Part shown: piece after piece, positions 1-12,980 of the stretch
Layout: each line of letters begins with the position of its first letter
Numbering within the stretch: position 1 is the stretch's first letter
Program-made: the position numbers and the translations under genes
From: Felis catus
Taxonomy: Eukaryota
Direction: 5' to 3'
Assembly (NCBI RefSeq): GCF_018350175.1
Contig: NC_058368.1
Coordinates: 22,942,001 to 23,006,000 of the forward strand
DNA: 64,000 bases
Notes under the pieces: model-generated
What the model saw: the letters and a program-made list of their open reading frames with translations, nothing else
What the model was told of the DNA's origin: nothing
The model's database searches: none

Positions 1-149
1 TAAATATACAAATTAATGTAGAAATTTACTTATACATTTAGATTATTTCTCAGTTATATAAAAATATTTTGATTTAGTGATTTTATTAATCAAGTTAAAC
101 TGAAATCTGAGCAGTAAACCAATTCTAATTCACCAGGTTAAATATGAAC

Positions 150-445
150 ATACAGTATTATGCTGAGTGAAATAAGTCATTCAGAGAAGGACAGATATGA
201 TAGCTTTTCACTCATGTGATCTTGAGAAACTTAACAGAAGTCCATGGGGGAAGGGAAGGGGAAAAAAACAGAGAGGGAGGGAGGCAAACCACAAGAGACT
301 CAAATACAGAAAACAAACTGAGGGTGAGGGTAAGGGGAAAATGGGTGATGGGCATTGAGGAGGGTACTTGTTGGGATGATCACTGGGTGTTATATGTAAG
401 CCAATTTGACAATAAATTATATTCATAAAAAAATAATAAAAAATA
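150..445 (+). mobile_element. Short 3'-end fragment of a felid-type L1 (in RB1 intron 3)
   Basis: L1 3'UTR motifs (attatgctgagtgaaataagtc...cactgggtgttatatg...gacaataaa) followed by an A-rich tail. Confidence 0.85.
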
Positions 446-1212
446 TACAAGGTCTTTGTTTCCACATTTTATTTGGAGGCAGTAAGAAAAAGAGTTACTG
501 AACAACACAGAAATTTATCTCATTTAAATAAAACACCAATTATGTTTAATTCTAGATGATTTTATCCAAGAAAAAACATATACTACTACCTTTCTGGCAA
601 CATTATTTACTGTTACATTTTGTAAATACACTGCAAATGAAATGACTGGAAGTCCCATAAACTTTATCTGCTCAGGATACAGTTCAGAAGTTACTAGAAA
701 CAAATTAGTAAATGCTTCTTATAAGGCTTATAAACTCAACAACAAACATTAATTCCTAGAGCAACTATGGACACTCAGCTAAATTTCCAGTCTCAAAAAG
801 CATATAATTATGCATATATTACATTAAGCAATCTTAAACATTAATAAATCTTAGCTAAATTCCTTTAAGATAGACTTACAGTACTTTTATAAGTTTTAAT
901 CTAATAAGTCTACATTACAAACCCTTGTTCTTTTTGTCCACTTCATCAAGAGCTACAACTAGGAAAGTTCTAGAGAGTGAGAGACATGATGAAAAATTTC
1001 CCAGGACACAAACTGCGATATTCTTGAGAAAGTGCAACATAAATATACATTCATTAAGGCTTCATGAGAGAAAGTTCACTAGTTGACCTAAGTCCTTTAA
1101 AAGTTTTATTTAATTTCAACATTTCTCACTAGTTCTCTAAAGTCTATTAAGAGGAAAGTTCAGAAATACTTTTCTTTAATGGCAGAGGCCTATATTGATG
1201 TAAGAAATTTTA

Positions 1213-1371
<159 letters not shown>

Positions 1372-1729
1372 TTATTCACACACTGGATACTATACTAAAA
1401 TTATATGATGATTTTTTTCTTACTCAATTTAACTTGCTTTTAAATTCTTATGATGGCATATAGTTGAGAGTATTTAATTCCACACTAACAAAAAATCTTT
1501 AATTTTATATTATAAAGCAAAAAATACTAGAAAGATCAAAAAGTTAAATTATAACTTACTGTGAAAAATTGAGGGGTCAGTTCTCTGAAGCAAATATTTT
1601 CATTTTTCAATAATCCAATGTCATCAGAGCCAACTTAAAAGATTTGAGTTCATAACAATTGTTTTTTTTTTTAAAAAAAGAAGCCTACTTTCTTATCTTC
1701 ATTTTGCTCTGATACACTTATTTTTTTAC

Positions 1730-1925
1730 CAATCTACTGACTCAAGTATTTTGTAACCTCATGAAATTCATATCTCTCAGTGCCATAATTGCCTCCTTTG
1801 TAAAATGGAAATAATAATACATATCTCACTTGGTAAGAATTAAGTGAGAGTATACATCTAAAGCCCTTAGAATAATGCCTGGCATATAATTAGTACCTGA
1901 TGAGTGATGGCTATGATTATCATTA
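1730..1925. mobile_element. MIR SINE remnant
   Basis: MIR core-like text (ctcag...cctttgtaaaatggaaataataatac...cttagaataatgcctggcatata). Confidence 0.6.
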
Positions 1926-2244
1926 GAATACTTTTTCCCTTAAAAATATGTATCTCTTTCTAAATATGTAAGTGTTGTAGGTAAAACTTGATTACATTAG
2001 ATTGCAAACAAAAGAAATACCAAATTAGCTGATATTCTATTACACAACTGGAACAATTTGCTTACTCTCAATCGAAGGTTACAACAGAGCTGAAAAGTTT
2101 ATGATGAAATTTTACATTGTTTTGAAATCTCAGTTACATATAAACTTTAGGAAAAGAATTGTTCTGGATTATCAAATTTTAATAATAAAAACATATTATC
2201 TAACTCAACTTTTCCTTAATTTCAGCTACATGGAAAACAAATAT

Positions 2245-2510
2245 TTTTTATTTAAGTTCTGTTTTAATTACAGTATAGTTAACATACAGTGGTATATTAG
2301 TTTCAGGTGTACAATACAGGGATTCAACAATTCCATATATCACCCAATGCTCATCAGGACAAGTACACTCCTTAATCCCCATCACCTTTTTAACCCATCC
2401 CCTCACCTCCCTTCTGGTAACGATCAGTTTGTTCTTTATAGTTAAGAGTCTATTTCTTCATGTGTCTTTTCTTTTCTTTGCTGTTTGTTTTGTTTCTTAA
2501 CTTCCACAAT
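2245..2510 (-). mobile_element. L1 3'-end fragment (carnivore type)
   Basis: Reverse complement of the L1 3'UTR with T-rich tail on the left. Confidence 0.8.
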
Positions 2511-2514
2511 ATGC

Positions 2515-3445
2515 AGCAATGTGTTGCATTTCTATACAAATAATCTTAAAATTTACAACTATACACCCACTAGAATGGTTAAATTAAAAAGACTGACGAT
2601 ATGGTTGAGACGACAAATGGTTGGTAAGGATGTAGAGCAAGGAATACTCAAATACTGCTGGTGATCATGTAAAACGGTACAACCATTTTGAAAAACAAGT
2701 TTGGCAAGTTCTTATAAAGTTAAGTATATACTTTCCATAACACTTAGCAATACCACTCCTAGGTATTTATACCCAAGAGAAATGGAAACTTTGTACATAA
2801 ATGTTAATAACAGCTTCAATTATAAAAACCAAAAACTAGAAAATGTCCCAATATCCAAAAACTGGTGAACAGATAAACTGTGGTACAGCCATACAATGGA
2901 ATTTTATTCAACAATAAAAAGGAAAAGTACTGGGGCACCCGGGTGGCTCAGTCAGTTAAGCATCCGACTTTGGCTCAGGTCAAGATTTCACAGTTCGTAG
3001 GTTTGAGCCCTGCGTTGGGCTCTGTGCTGACAGCTCAGAGCCTGGAGCATGTTTCAGTTTCTGTGTTTCCCTCTCTCTCTGTCCCTCCTCCATGCATGCT
3101 CTGTCTCTCAATCTCTCTCTCGAAAATAAATAAAACATAAAAAAATGTTTTTAATAAATAAGGAAAAGTACTAATAAACACAACATAAACCTCAAAATTA
3201 TCACATGAAAAAAAGAAGCTAGAGAAAAAAGGGTAAATCCTATATACTGTTCTTGCTTTCCTACAAAACTCTAGAAAAGGCAAAATTAATTTTTAATGGC
3301 AAAAAGTACATCAGTGGCTGCCTTGGGACAGGAGTGGAGGTATTGTTAGACAACAAAGGAAAGGAGAAAACTTTCTGGACCAAAAATTTCTATACTTTAA
3401 TTGATGGTGGTAATTACATGGTTGAGTGCATTTATCAAGATTTAT
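2515..3445 (+). mobile_element. Old L1M 3' region interrupted by a Can-SINE (~2932-3160)
   Basis: L1M 3'UTR motifs (cacccactagaatggttaaa...ccactcctaggtatttatacccaagag); SINE flanked by aaggaaaagtact duplication. Confidence 0.75.
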
Positions 3446-3446
3446 T

Positions 3447-3683
3447 GGGGCGCCTGGGTGGCTCAGTCAGTTAAGCATCCAACTTTGGCTCAGGTCAGGA
3501 TCTCACAGTCCGTGGGTTTATGCCCCGTGTCAGGCTCTGTGTTGTCAGCTCAGAGCCTGGAGCCTGCTTCAGATTCTGTGTCTCCCTCCCTCTCTCTCTG
3601 CCCTTTCCCCCACTTGTGCTCACTCTCTCTCTCTCTCTCTCTCTCAAAATAATAAGTAAACATTTAAAAATTTAAAAAAAAAA
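3447..3683 (+). mobile_element. Can-SINE (SINEC_Fc type)
   Basis: ggggcgcctgggtggctcagtc tRNA-derived head, (CT)n, A-rich tail. Confidence 0.93.
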
Positions 3684-5223
3684 CTTAGGAGACAGAGTCA
3701 ACATGGCAGAGAAGCAGGGGGACGTGAAGGTCCCCCGCCCCTCAAACACAGGAGTATTGAGGCCAGAAGATTTGGAATTCCAGGAATCTAGGCTACAGAG
3801 TGACAGAAACATCTCCAGGGGCCAACAGATACAACTTGGCAAGCTATAAGTGGGTGATTATGAAATGGGAGAGATAAAACAGGAGGCATAGGCACAGAAA
3901 AGAAGGATCTCCTTCTGTGGAGAGACAAAAGGAAGAGACAGAGAGGCTGTGGAAGCATAGGATTATGTTTGGACAAGAGAAAAACCTCTCTGGACCATAG
4001 TCCAGGGAATGGAAAAAACAGAAAGAACCAATGTCTAACTTGCAAACAGCCTTAGAAGTGACAATCCAGGGTTATAGGACTTTCTCCAGACTGGGGCCTG
4101 CTGCCTTGTACATGCACCTGGTGGAGAAGGGGAGCCACCCCAGGCTCAGTAGCAAGCTCAGAGGCACAAAGACAGCAGTCCCCTCCCTTGGGTGTTGTGG
4201 GAAGAAGTATATAGCCACTCCAACGACAAAAGACCTGCCAGCCAGAGGCCCTTTGTTGGCAGGGTAGAGTGGCACTACCCTGGAATGGGGGCGGGCAGAG
4301 TGGGATCCTTTAGGACATTGGGGTTTGAATCCCAGTCAAGTGCCTGGAAGGCACAGAAGACTGTGGAGCAAGACAAAACACCTGCTCATGCCCAGGCAGC
4401 ACTGTGAGGACAGCCTGAAGAGAGTGGTATGGGATAGCCCATCCAGGGAGTAGAGACTGGGGTGTCACCATTTTTATCCCCATCACCAATAAGGTCGCGC
4501 TTCAGGGAACAAAACAGTAGGCCCAGAGTGGAGGCAGGACCCACCTACACCAAACCACGCCCCTCCCCCTTTGTACCTGGTAACTGCTATCTACCTGAGC
4601 AAGACTGACACTGACCGAATCAGACAGCCCCTCCTCCAGACCAGCACAGCCACTGGTTTCAAGGAACCATCAGATATTGGTCCAGCAGTTTTGCATTTTC
4701 TGATTGGATTCATGGTCAATTTCTTCTTTCTTTTCTTCCTCTTATTTCTTCCCTTTTCTATTCTGGTTATTGGTTTAAACAGACGTTTTTAATCTAGTCT
4801 TTTCATATCTCTTCTGTGTCTCTTTTTTCCTTATTTTCCCCTTTCTCTCTCGAGAGTAAGCCATACAGTTTCTCTGATTTTCTGCCTGGTCATTTTTTTT
4901 TTTTCTTTTTACCCCACCCTTGTCATTTCTCTCTTTGTATGGTATAAGGCTTCTTCTACCACCATGCCTTTTAAAATTTTTTCCAGGGTTATTTCAATGA
5001 ACAAATCAAAGTATACCTGGTGGAAGGTCCAAGCCACCACTACAAGTAGGGAAATAGAGCAACCAGAGTCACAATAACAGAGAGCACACAACACACTCCA
5101 AAAACACATCCTGAATGACCAGGCCCTGGACAGTGTATGACCCCTTTTTAATATAGTAGTGCTTGTAGGTGAAGGGCACTTAACAAGCTATTAAAACACT
5201 TAAAGGGCAGAAAACTAGCTAAA

Positions 5224-6342
5224 ATGATGAAATGGAAGAATTCCCTCAAAAGAAATTTCAGGAAGAAATGACAGAGAATTTCTCAAAACAGATATAAACA
5301 ATATATCTGATAAAGAATTTGGAATAATAGTCATAAGATTAATAGCTGGGCTTGAAAAAGGCAGTAAGACCGCAGAGGATCTATTGCTGCAGAGATCAAG
5401 GAACTAAGAAATAGTCACAACTGGGGCGCCTGGGTGGCGCAGTCGGTTAAGCGTCCGACTTCAGCCAGGTCACGATATCACAGTCCGTGAGTTCGAGCCC
5501 CGCGTCAGGCTCTGGGCTGATGGCTCAGAGCCTGGAGCCTGTTTCCGATTCTGTGTCTCCCTCTCTCTCTGTCCCTCCCCCGTTCATGCTCTGTCTCTCT
5601 CTGTCCCCAAAATAAATAAACGGTGAAAAAAAAAAAAAAAAAAAAAAAGAAATAGTCACAACAAATTAAGAAATGGTATATATGAGGTGCACAATAAAGT
5701 AGATGCAGTGACAGCAAGGACAGAGGAAGCAGAGGGGAGAATAAGTGAAATAGAAGATAAAATTATGGAAAGTGATGAAGCCGAGAAAAAGATAAGAAAA
5801 TACAAGACTATGAGGGGAGAATTAGAAAACTAAGTGCTTCAATGAAATGTACTAATATCCATATCATAGGAGTTCCAGAAGAAGAGAAAGAGAAAGGGGC
5901 AGGTTTACTTGAACAAATTGTAACTGAGAACTTCCCTAATCTGAGGAAGGAAGCAGACATCCAAAACCAGGAGGCACAGAAAACTCCCTTCAGATTCAAC
6001 AAGAATAGGTCTTCACCATGGCATATCAGAGTGAAACTGGCAAAATACAAAGATAAAGAGAGAATTCTGAAAGCAGCTAGGGACAAACAGGCCTTAACCT
6101 ACAAGGGTAGACATATTAGGGTAGTAGCAGACCTGTCCACTGAAACCTGACATGCAAGATGGGAGGGGCAGGAAATATTCAATGTGATAAATAGGAAAAA
6201 TATTCAGCCAAGAATCATTTATCTGGCAAGGCGGTCATTCAGAATAGAAGGAGAGATAAAGGCTTTCCCAGACAAACAAAAACTGAAGGAGTTCATGACC
6301 ACTAAACCAGCCGTGCAAGACATGCTAAGGGGGACTATGTGA
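5224..6342 (+). pseudogene. Disrupted L1 ORF1
   Basis: ORF 5842-6150 (NIHIIGVPEEE...ENFPNL...ERILKAAR...DLSTET) is typical L1 ORF1p; broken by stops, frameshifts and a SINE. Confidence 0.9.
5423..5646 (+). mobile_element. Young SINEC_Fc1-type SINE inserted in L1 ORF1
   Basis: CpG-rich head ggggcgcctgggtggcgcagtcggttaagcgtccgac; pure A tail; perfect 16-bp TSD aagaaatagtcacaac (5406-5421 / 5647-5662). Confidence 0.96.
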
Positions 6343-6410
6343 GTGGAATGCTGTAAAGACTACAAAGGACCAGAGCTATCACTACAAGCATAAAACCTAC
6401 AGATAGCACA

Positions 6411-9400
6411 ATGACATTAAATTTGCATCTTTCAATAATAACTCTAACTGTAAATGGACTAAATGCCCCAATCAAAAGACAGAGGTATCAGAATGGGTAA
6501 AAAACTAAGATGCATCTATATGCTATCTACAAGAGACTCACTTTAGACATGAGGACACCTTCAGATTGAAAGTGAGGGGATGGAGAACCATCTATCATGC
6601 TACTGGAAGTCAAAAGAAAAGCTAGAGTAGCCATACTTATATCAGACAAACTAGGTTTTAAACTAAAGGCTGTAACAAGAGATGAAGAAGGGCATTATAT
6701 CATAATTACAGGGACTATCTACCAAGAATAGCTAACAATTATAAATGTTTATGCCCCCAACTTGAGAGAACCCAAATACATAAATCAATCACAAACATAA
6801 GCAATCTTATTGATAAGAATACGGTATTTGCAAGGGACTTTAAAACTCCACTTATAACAATGGACAGATCATATAGGCAGAAACTCAATAAAGAAACAAT
6901 GGGCTTGAATGATACACTGGACCAGATGGACTTGACAGATACATTCAGAACTTCTCATCCAAAAGCAGCAAAATACACATTCTTCTCAAGTGCACATGGA
7001 ACATTCTCCAAGATAGATCACATACTGAGTCACAAAACAGCCCTCAATAAATGTAAAAGAATTGAGATCATACCATGCATATTTTCAGATCACAATGCTA
7101 TGAATCTTGAAATCAACCACAAGAAAGAATTTGGAAAGCCTCCAAATGCATGGAGGTTAAAGAACATCCTACTAAAGAATGAACAAGTCAACCAGGCGAT
7201 TAAAGAAGAAATTAAAAAACAAATGGAAGCAAATGAAAATGAAAACACAATAGTCCAAACCCTTTGTGATGCAGCAAAAACAGTCCTAAGAGGAAAATAC
7301 ATTGCAATCCAGGCCTATCTCAAAAACAAGAAAAATGCTGAATACAAAACCTAACCTCACACCTAAAAGAACTAGAAACATAGCAGCAAAGAAACCCCAA
7401 AATGAGCACAAGATAAATAATAAATATTAGAGCAGAACTAAACAATACAGAATTCTAAAAAAACTCATCAATGAATCTAAGAACTGATATTTTGAAAGAA
7501 TAAACAATATTAATAAACCCCTAGCCAGACTTCTCAAAACCTGAGAGAACCCCAATAGATAAAACCACGAATGAAAGAGCAGAAATCACAACCAACATCA
7601 CAGAAATACAGTTAGGAGACAATACTGTGAAAAATTATATGCCAATAAACTGGACACCCTGGAAGAAATGGATAAATTCCTAGACACCCACACACTACCA
7701 AAAGTCAAACAGAAAGAAATAGAAAATTTGAACAGACCCATAACCAGCAAAGAAATTGAATCAGTTATCAAAAATCTCCAAACAAGTAAGAGTCCTGGAC
7801 CAGATGGCTTCCCAGGAGATTTCTACCAGACATTTAAAGCCCAGTTAATACCTATTCTTCTCAAGCTGTTCCATAAAATAGAAACAGAAGTAAAGCTTCC
7901 AGACTCATTCTATGAAGCCAGCATTACCTTGATTCCCAAATCAGAGACCCCACTAAAAAGGAGAATTACAGGCTGAGCCTGGATACAAAAATTCTTAACA
8001 AGATACCAGCAAATCAAATTCAACAGTATATTATAAGAATTATTCTCCATGATCCAGTGGGATTCATTCCTGAGCTGCAGGGCTGGTTCAATATTCACAA
8101 ATCAACCAATGTGATACATCACATTAATAGAAAAAAAGGATAAAAGCCATATGATCCTGTCAACAGATGCAGAAAAAACATCTTAATAAATACAGCATCC
8201 TTTCTTAATAAAAACCCTCAAGAAAGTTGGGATAGAAGGAACATAACATCATAAAAGCTCTATATGAAAAGCCCACAGCTAATATCATCCTCAATGGAGA
8301 AAAATTGAGAGCTTTCCCCCCTGAGATCAGGAACACTACAGGGATGTCCACTCTCACCACTGTTGTTTAACACAGTATTGGAAGTCCTAGCCTCAACAAT
8401 CAGAAAACAAAATGAAACAGAAGGCATCCAAATTTGCAAAGAAGTAAAACTTTCACTATTTGCAGATGACATGATACTATACATGGAAAACCTGAAAGAC
8501 TCCACCAAAAAACTGGTGGAATGGAAACATGAATCTATTAGCAAAGTCGCAGGATACAAAAATCAATGTACAGAAATCAGTTGCATTTCTATGCACCAAT
8601 AATGAAGCAACAGGATTAAAAAAAAAAAAAAACAAGAAATTGATCCCATTTACAACTGCACCAAGCACCATAAAATACCTAGGAATAAACCTAACTAAAA
8701 ATGTAAAAGATCTACATGCTTAAAACTATAGAAAACTTATGAAAGAAATTGAAAAAGACACAAAGAAATGAAAAACATTCCAGGCTCATGGATTGGAAGA
8801 ACAAATATTGTTAAAATGTCAATACTACCCAAAGCAATCTATTCATTCATCGCAATCCCAATCAAAATTGCACCAACATTCTTCTCAGAGCTAGAACAAA
8901 CAATCCTAAAATTTGTATGGAACCACAAAAGACCCCGAACAGCCAAAGTAATGTTGAAAAAGAAAAACAAAGTGGAAGGCATAACAATCCCGGACTTTAG
9001 CCTCTACTACAAAGCTGTACTCATCAAGACAGTACGGTATCGGTACAAACACAGACACACAGACCAAGGGAATAGAGAACCCAGAATTGGACCACAAATG
9101 TATGGCCAACTAATTTTTGACAAAGAAAGAATATCCAATGGAAAAAAGACCGTCTCTTTAGCAATTGGTGCTGGGAGAACTGGACAGCAACATGTAAAAG
9201 AATGAAACTGGACTACTTCCTTACACTATACACAAAAATAAACTCAAAATGGATGCAGGACCTGAATGTGAGACAAGAAACCATCAAAACCCTAGAGGAG
9301 AAAACAGACAACAACCTCTCTGACCTCAGCTGCAATAACTTTTTACTCAACAGTTCTCCAAAAGCAAGGGAAATAAAAGCAAAAATGAACTACTGGGACC

Positions 9401-9422
9401 TCATCAAGATAAAAAGCTTCTG
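6411..9422 (+). pseudogene. Disrupted L1 ORF2 (endonuclease and reverse transcriptase)
   Basis: EN motifs TFFSSAHGTFSKIDH and [17 protein letters not shown] motif LFADDMILY (~8456-8482); many frameshifts and stops. Confidence 0.93.
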
Positions 9423-9854
9423 AGCTTTTTATTTAGTCAGTAAGAAAATTTAGTCAGCAAGAAAGTGCTAAATTTATATAAAGCAGGAAAGAGAAAAATT
9501 AGGAATACTGAGAAACCATTAAAATATTAAAACTTTAATTACACATTATAGTTTAAATTAAAATCTACAATCAACACTTGAAGAGGCTACCTATTAGTAG
9601 CATTTAGTTCACTTGAACCACCCAAATGATAACCCCCAATTGATGACTTCAACTTGCTGCTTTAAAATGCACTAACTTACAAAAGAGCTCCACCAAGTGG
9701 TAAAAGAAATCATCTTGGACGCATTAGAAAATTACTATTCATGCTGTCACAACTTAACTAACATGAATTTAAATTCAATTTTAAAACTTAAAAATACTAT
9801 TATCTCTAATTTTCACTTTTTAAAATATTAGCCACAACCAAGATGAAAATAAGC

Positions 9855-10090
9855 CTGAAAAACTTAACAGAAGACCATGGGGAAGGAAAAAAAAAAAAAG
9901 GTAGAGAGGGAGACAGCCAAACCATAAGAGACGCTTAAAAACTGAGAATAAACTGAGGGTTGATGGGGGGTGGGAGGGAGGGGTGGGTGATGGGCACTGA
10001 GGAGGGCACCTGTTGGGGATAAGCACTGGGTGTTGTATGGAAACCAATTTGACAATAAATTTCATATTTAAAAAAACTAAAAAAAAAAAG
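9855..10090 (+). mobile_element. Short felid-type L1 3'-end insertion
   Basis: L1 3'UTR (aaacttaacagaagaccatgg...gacaataaa) with A tail; possible TSD aagcc. Confidence 0.85.
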
Positions 10091-11021
10091 CCATAAAAAA
10101 CATGCTTTTTAACTCTGGGTCAAAAGGACAGACACATCCTTACACTTGATTCACAGGACTGAAATGAGTGACTAGCAACAAGGTTACAAATTAAATGTAT
10201 TACAGGAATATATTAGAGGAATAGAGGGGGTAAGAGCTGTCTTTTATCTTCTACTCTTGGATTTCTTCCTCACCAAGACTGTATGTAGGAACCAAAGGGA
10301 TAACAGACTAATATGCTAGAAAATCCCACCTCCCTCACTTGTGTAATACTGGCTGACAGCAGTCAGCATTAAGGACAATTCTTCAATGTGCTCAGAAGAA
10401 GCAGAAATTAAGAGTGACACAGCCAAGAAGATGAATATAAAAGCTAACCTTACTTGCACTCAATCACATTTTTGATACAACACACGGCTGAATCAAGCCA
10501 TCCAGTTACACAATGCCCTTGTGAGAGAGAATTGACTCTACTCCAAGAAAAGTAAGTACCTAGCAAGTTCAGATTTACCTGGCCCACTGCCCAAGAGATG
10601 GGGCTCCCTCCATTAAGAACTTCCACAGAACTCAGTGGATAGCACTACCCAAGCACTTAATAGAACTGTGATTTACTTGTTTTTATTTGTCTGTATTTCA
10701 ACTAGTCCATAAGCATTTGGAAGGCAAAAGAGTTATACCTAATTAATTACTGTACCACCCAAGAGCCTAATACAGTATTCACAATAACTTGGTATTAAAT
10801 GTGTATTAAAAAAAAAAAAAGCAGTAGTAATAGCCATACCCCATATAGGATAGAATAGCTTTTTTGTCTTTATCTTTTTTTTCCCTTAGTATGCTCAGAA
10901 AAACAAGCAACACTTCAATCACCAGTACAAAATGTAAGGTACAATGATTGGTTCTACTATAGTTTCTACAACTCTCATTCACACTGATAACAACTAGTGA
11001 GTATGAACAAGAGTAACTCAC

Positions 11022-11225
11022 AGGGACACAAGAGTGGCTCTGTTGGTTAAGCATCTGACTCTTGGTTTCAGATCAGGTAATGATCTCACTGTCAGTTCGA
11101 GCCCCATGTCGGGCTCTGAACTGACAGCATGGAGCCTGCTTGGGATTTCTCTCTCCCTCTCTCTCTCTGCTCCTCCCCAGCTTGCTCTCTCAAAAAATAA
11201 AATAAATTAAACATTTAAAAAAAGT
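11022..11225 (+). mobile_element. Older Can-SINE
   Basis: Degenerate tRNA head, CT-rich tract, A tail; TSD-like agtaactcaca / agtaacttaca. Confidence 0.85.
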
Positions 11226-12319
11226 AACTTACACAAAGAAATGATATTACAGGCCTCATTTTCTAAATAGGTGACACACAACTGACCTGGAACTTAGTTT
11301 CTGGTCCAGCTCTCTGCTTAGTTTATTGAGTCAAAGGCCCAAAGATGATCTACCCCAGAAGATATAATCATATAGAAGAAAAAGCTGCGACCAAGCTCAA
11401 CCAACCATTAATTAATTGGCTTTTCTGTAAAAGATCTATGAAACTGTTATCTACTACTCTTAGAAACAAGGTTGAAAAACATTGAAGAGACAGATCAATT
11501 CCTACAACTCAGATTCAATTATATGGATAAAAGGTATCTTCGAAAGTTTGAATGCCAACTCCTTCTACCAATATAGCATATACTACTTGAAAAAAGAAAA
11601 ACTTCAATAATGAATAAATGAGCTGGCATTAGAATAAAAATCCCAGGTAGGAAAGGAACTGAAAGAGATCAGTAATTGTCAAAACATTCTGTGGTCTGGG
11701 AGTTTCTAGGGTTCCAAGTCGTAAAATGACAATCTTTGGCAAATTTTCCTATATTTAAAAAAACTTTAAGAAAATCCATATGTTCACTTCCCATAAAGCT
11801 TCAATTATTAAACAGCCATCTAGTTACACAATGTCCTTGTGAGGAGGGCACTTGTTAGAATGGGCATTTATCACTTCTGTTAGAATTCAATGCAGCATGG
11901 TAATACAATTTACCTTTATGTTGATAAAAAAAACAATGACTGCCAGCTTTTAGGTCTTGAATAACACTAGGAGAAATAGACTTAATAAACAAAGTTTGGA
12001 GACCTTCTGAAACAGAGGTAAGGTGAGGGGAAATTAATAATAAATATTTAGTAGTTTTGAGTGCAATATGATTCTGATTCAACTTACCTTAAAAAATAGT
12101 TTGTACCATGAGAAAATCAAGGTACATATAAAAGAGATAAATTAAGACACAAACAGGATTAGGAATGTTTGATAAAATAATTCACTTAAAATCTCCTAAA
12201 TATCTAGGTCTCATACAAACTTGATTATCTGTTTATAGCTGAATATAAAACAGAGAGAAATAACTACCAATAACATCAATAATCATGTATATCAGGCTTC
12301 TAACATTACAATGCATACA

Positions 12320-12527
12320 ATTTTTTAAAGTTTATTTATTTATTTTGAGAGAGAGAGAGAGCGAGCGAGCAAGCAGTGTGGGGGCATAAAGACAGGGGAG
12401 AGACAGAATCCCAAGCAGGCTCTGCACCGTCAGCACAGAGCCCAATGTGGGGCTCGAACTCACCTACCGTGAGATCATGACCTGAGCCAAAGTTGGCCAC
12501 TTAACCGAATGAGCCACGCAGGTGCCC
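12320..12527 (-). mobile_element. Can-SINE
   Basis: Reverse-complement SINE with TSD ttacaatgcat. Confidence 0.88.
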
Positions 12528-12768
12528 TTACAATGCATGTAAATAAGGAAAAATATTAATTCACTGGCAGATCATTTATTTCAAAGCAACATCTGCTGTT
12601 AATCTAGCATACTTGGAAGCCCATGACAATCTCTACAGTCATTTTAATCCTATGGAAGAGTTTGATGTATTCTTCTGATATCTACTTCTAACAGGGGGGA
12701 TAAAAATTCAGATTTGGCTCTATGTTTGTGCAGAATAAGGGGGCAGATTTTTTAAAAAGGAAATACAT

Positions 12769-12980
12769 TGGGGCGCCTGGGTGGCTCAGTCAGTTGGGCA
12801 TCCAAATTTGGCTCAAATCATGATCTCACTGCTCATGAGTTCGAGCCCCGTGTCGGGCTCTGTGCTGACAGCTCAGAGCCCGCAGCCTGCTTCAGATTAG
12901 GTCTCCATCTCTCTGCCCCTCTGCTGCTCGCTCTCTCTCTCAAGTATAAAAAAAATTAATTAATTAATTAATTAATTAAA
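12769..12980 (+). mobile_element. Can-SINE with (TTAA)n tail
   Basis: SINE head; TSD aaaag(g/a)aaatacatt. Confidence 0.9.

Larger units (their letters stand above)
3688..9422 (+). mobile_element. Near full-length carnivore L1 (5'UTR, ORF1, most of ORF2), 3' end missing, antisense to RB1
   Basis: 5' end ggagacagagtcaacatggcagag; ORF1 and ORF2 remnants in order; homology stops at ...aaaaagcttctg (9422) with no 3'UTR or polyA. Confidence 0.93.

Noticed and set aside
5842..9423. ORFs with endonuclease and RT motifs as an active retroelement or novel RT system
   Set aside because: Ordinary L1 ORF1/ORF2 broken by many stops and frameshifts, a SINE insertion and a 3' deletion
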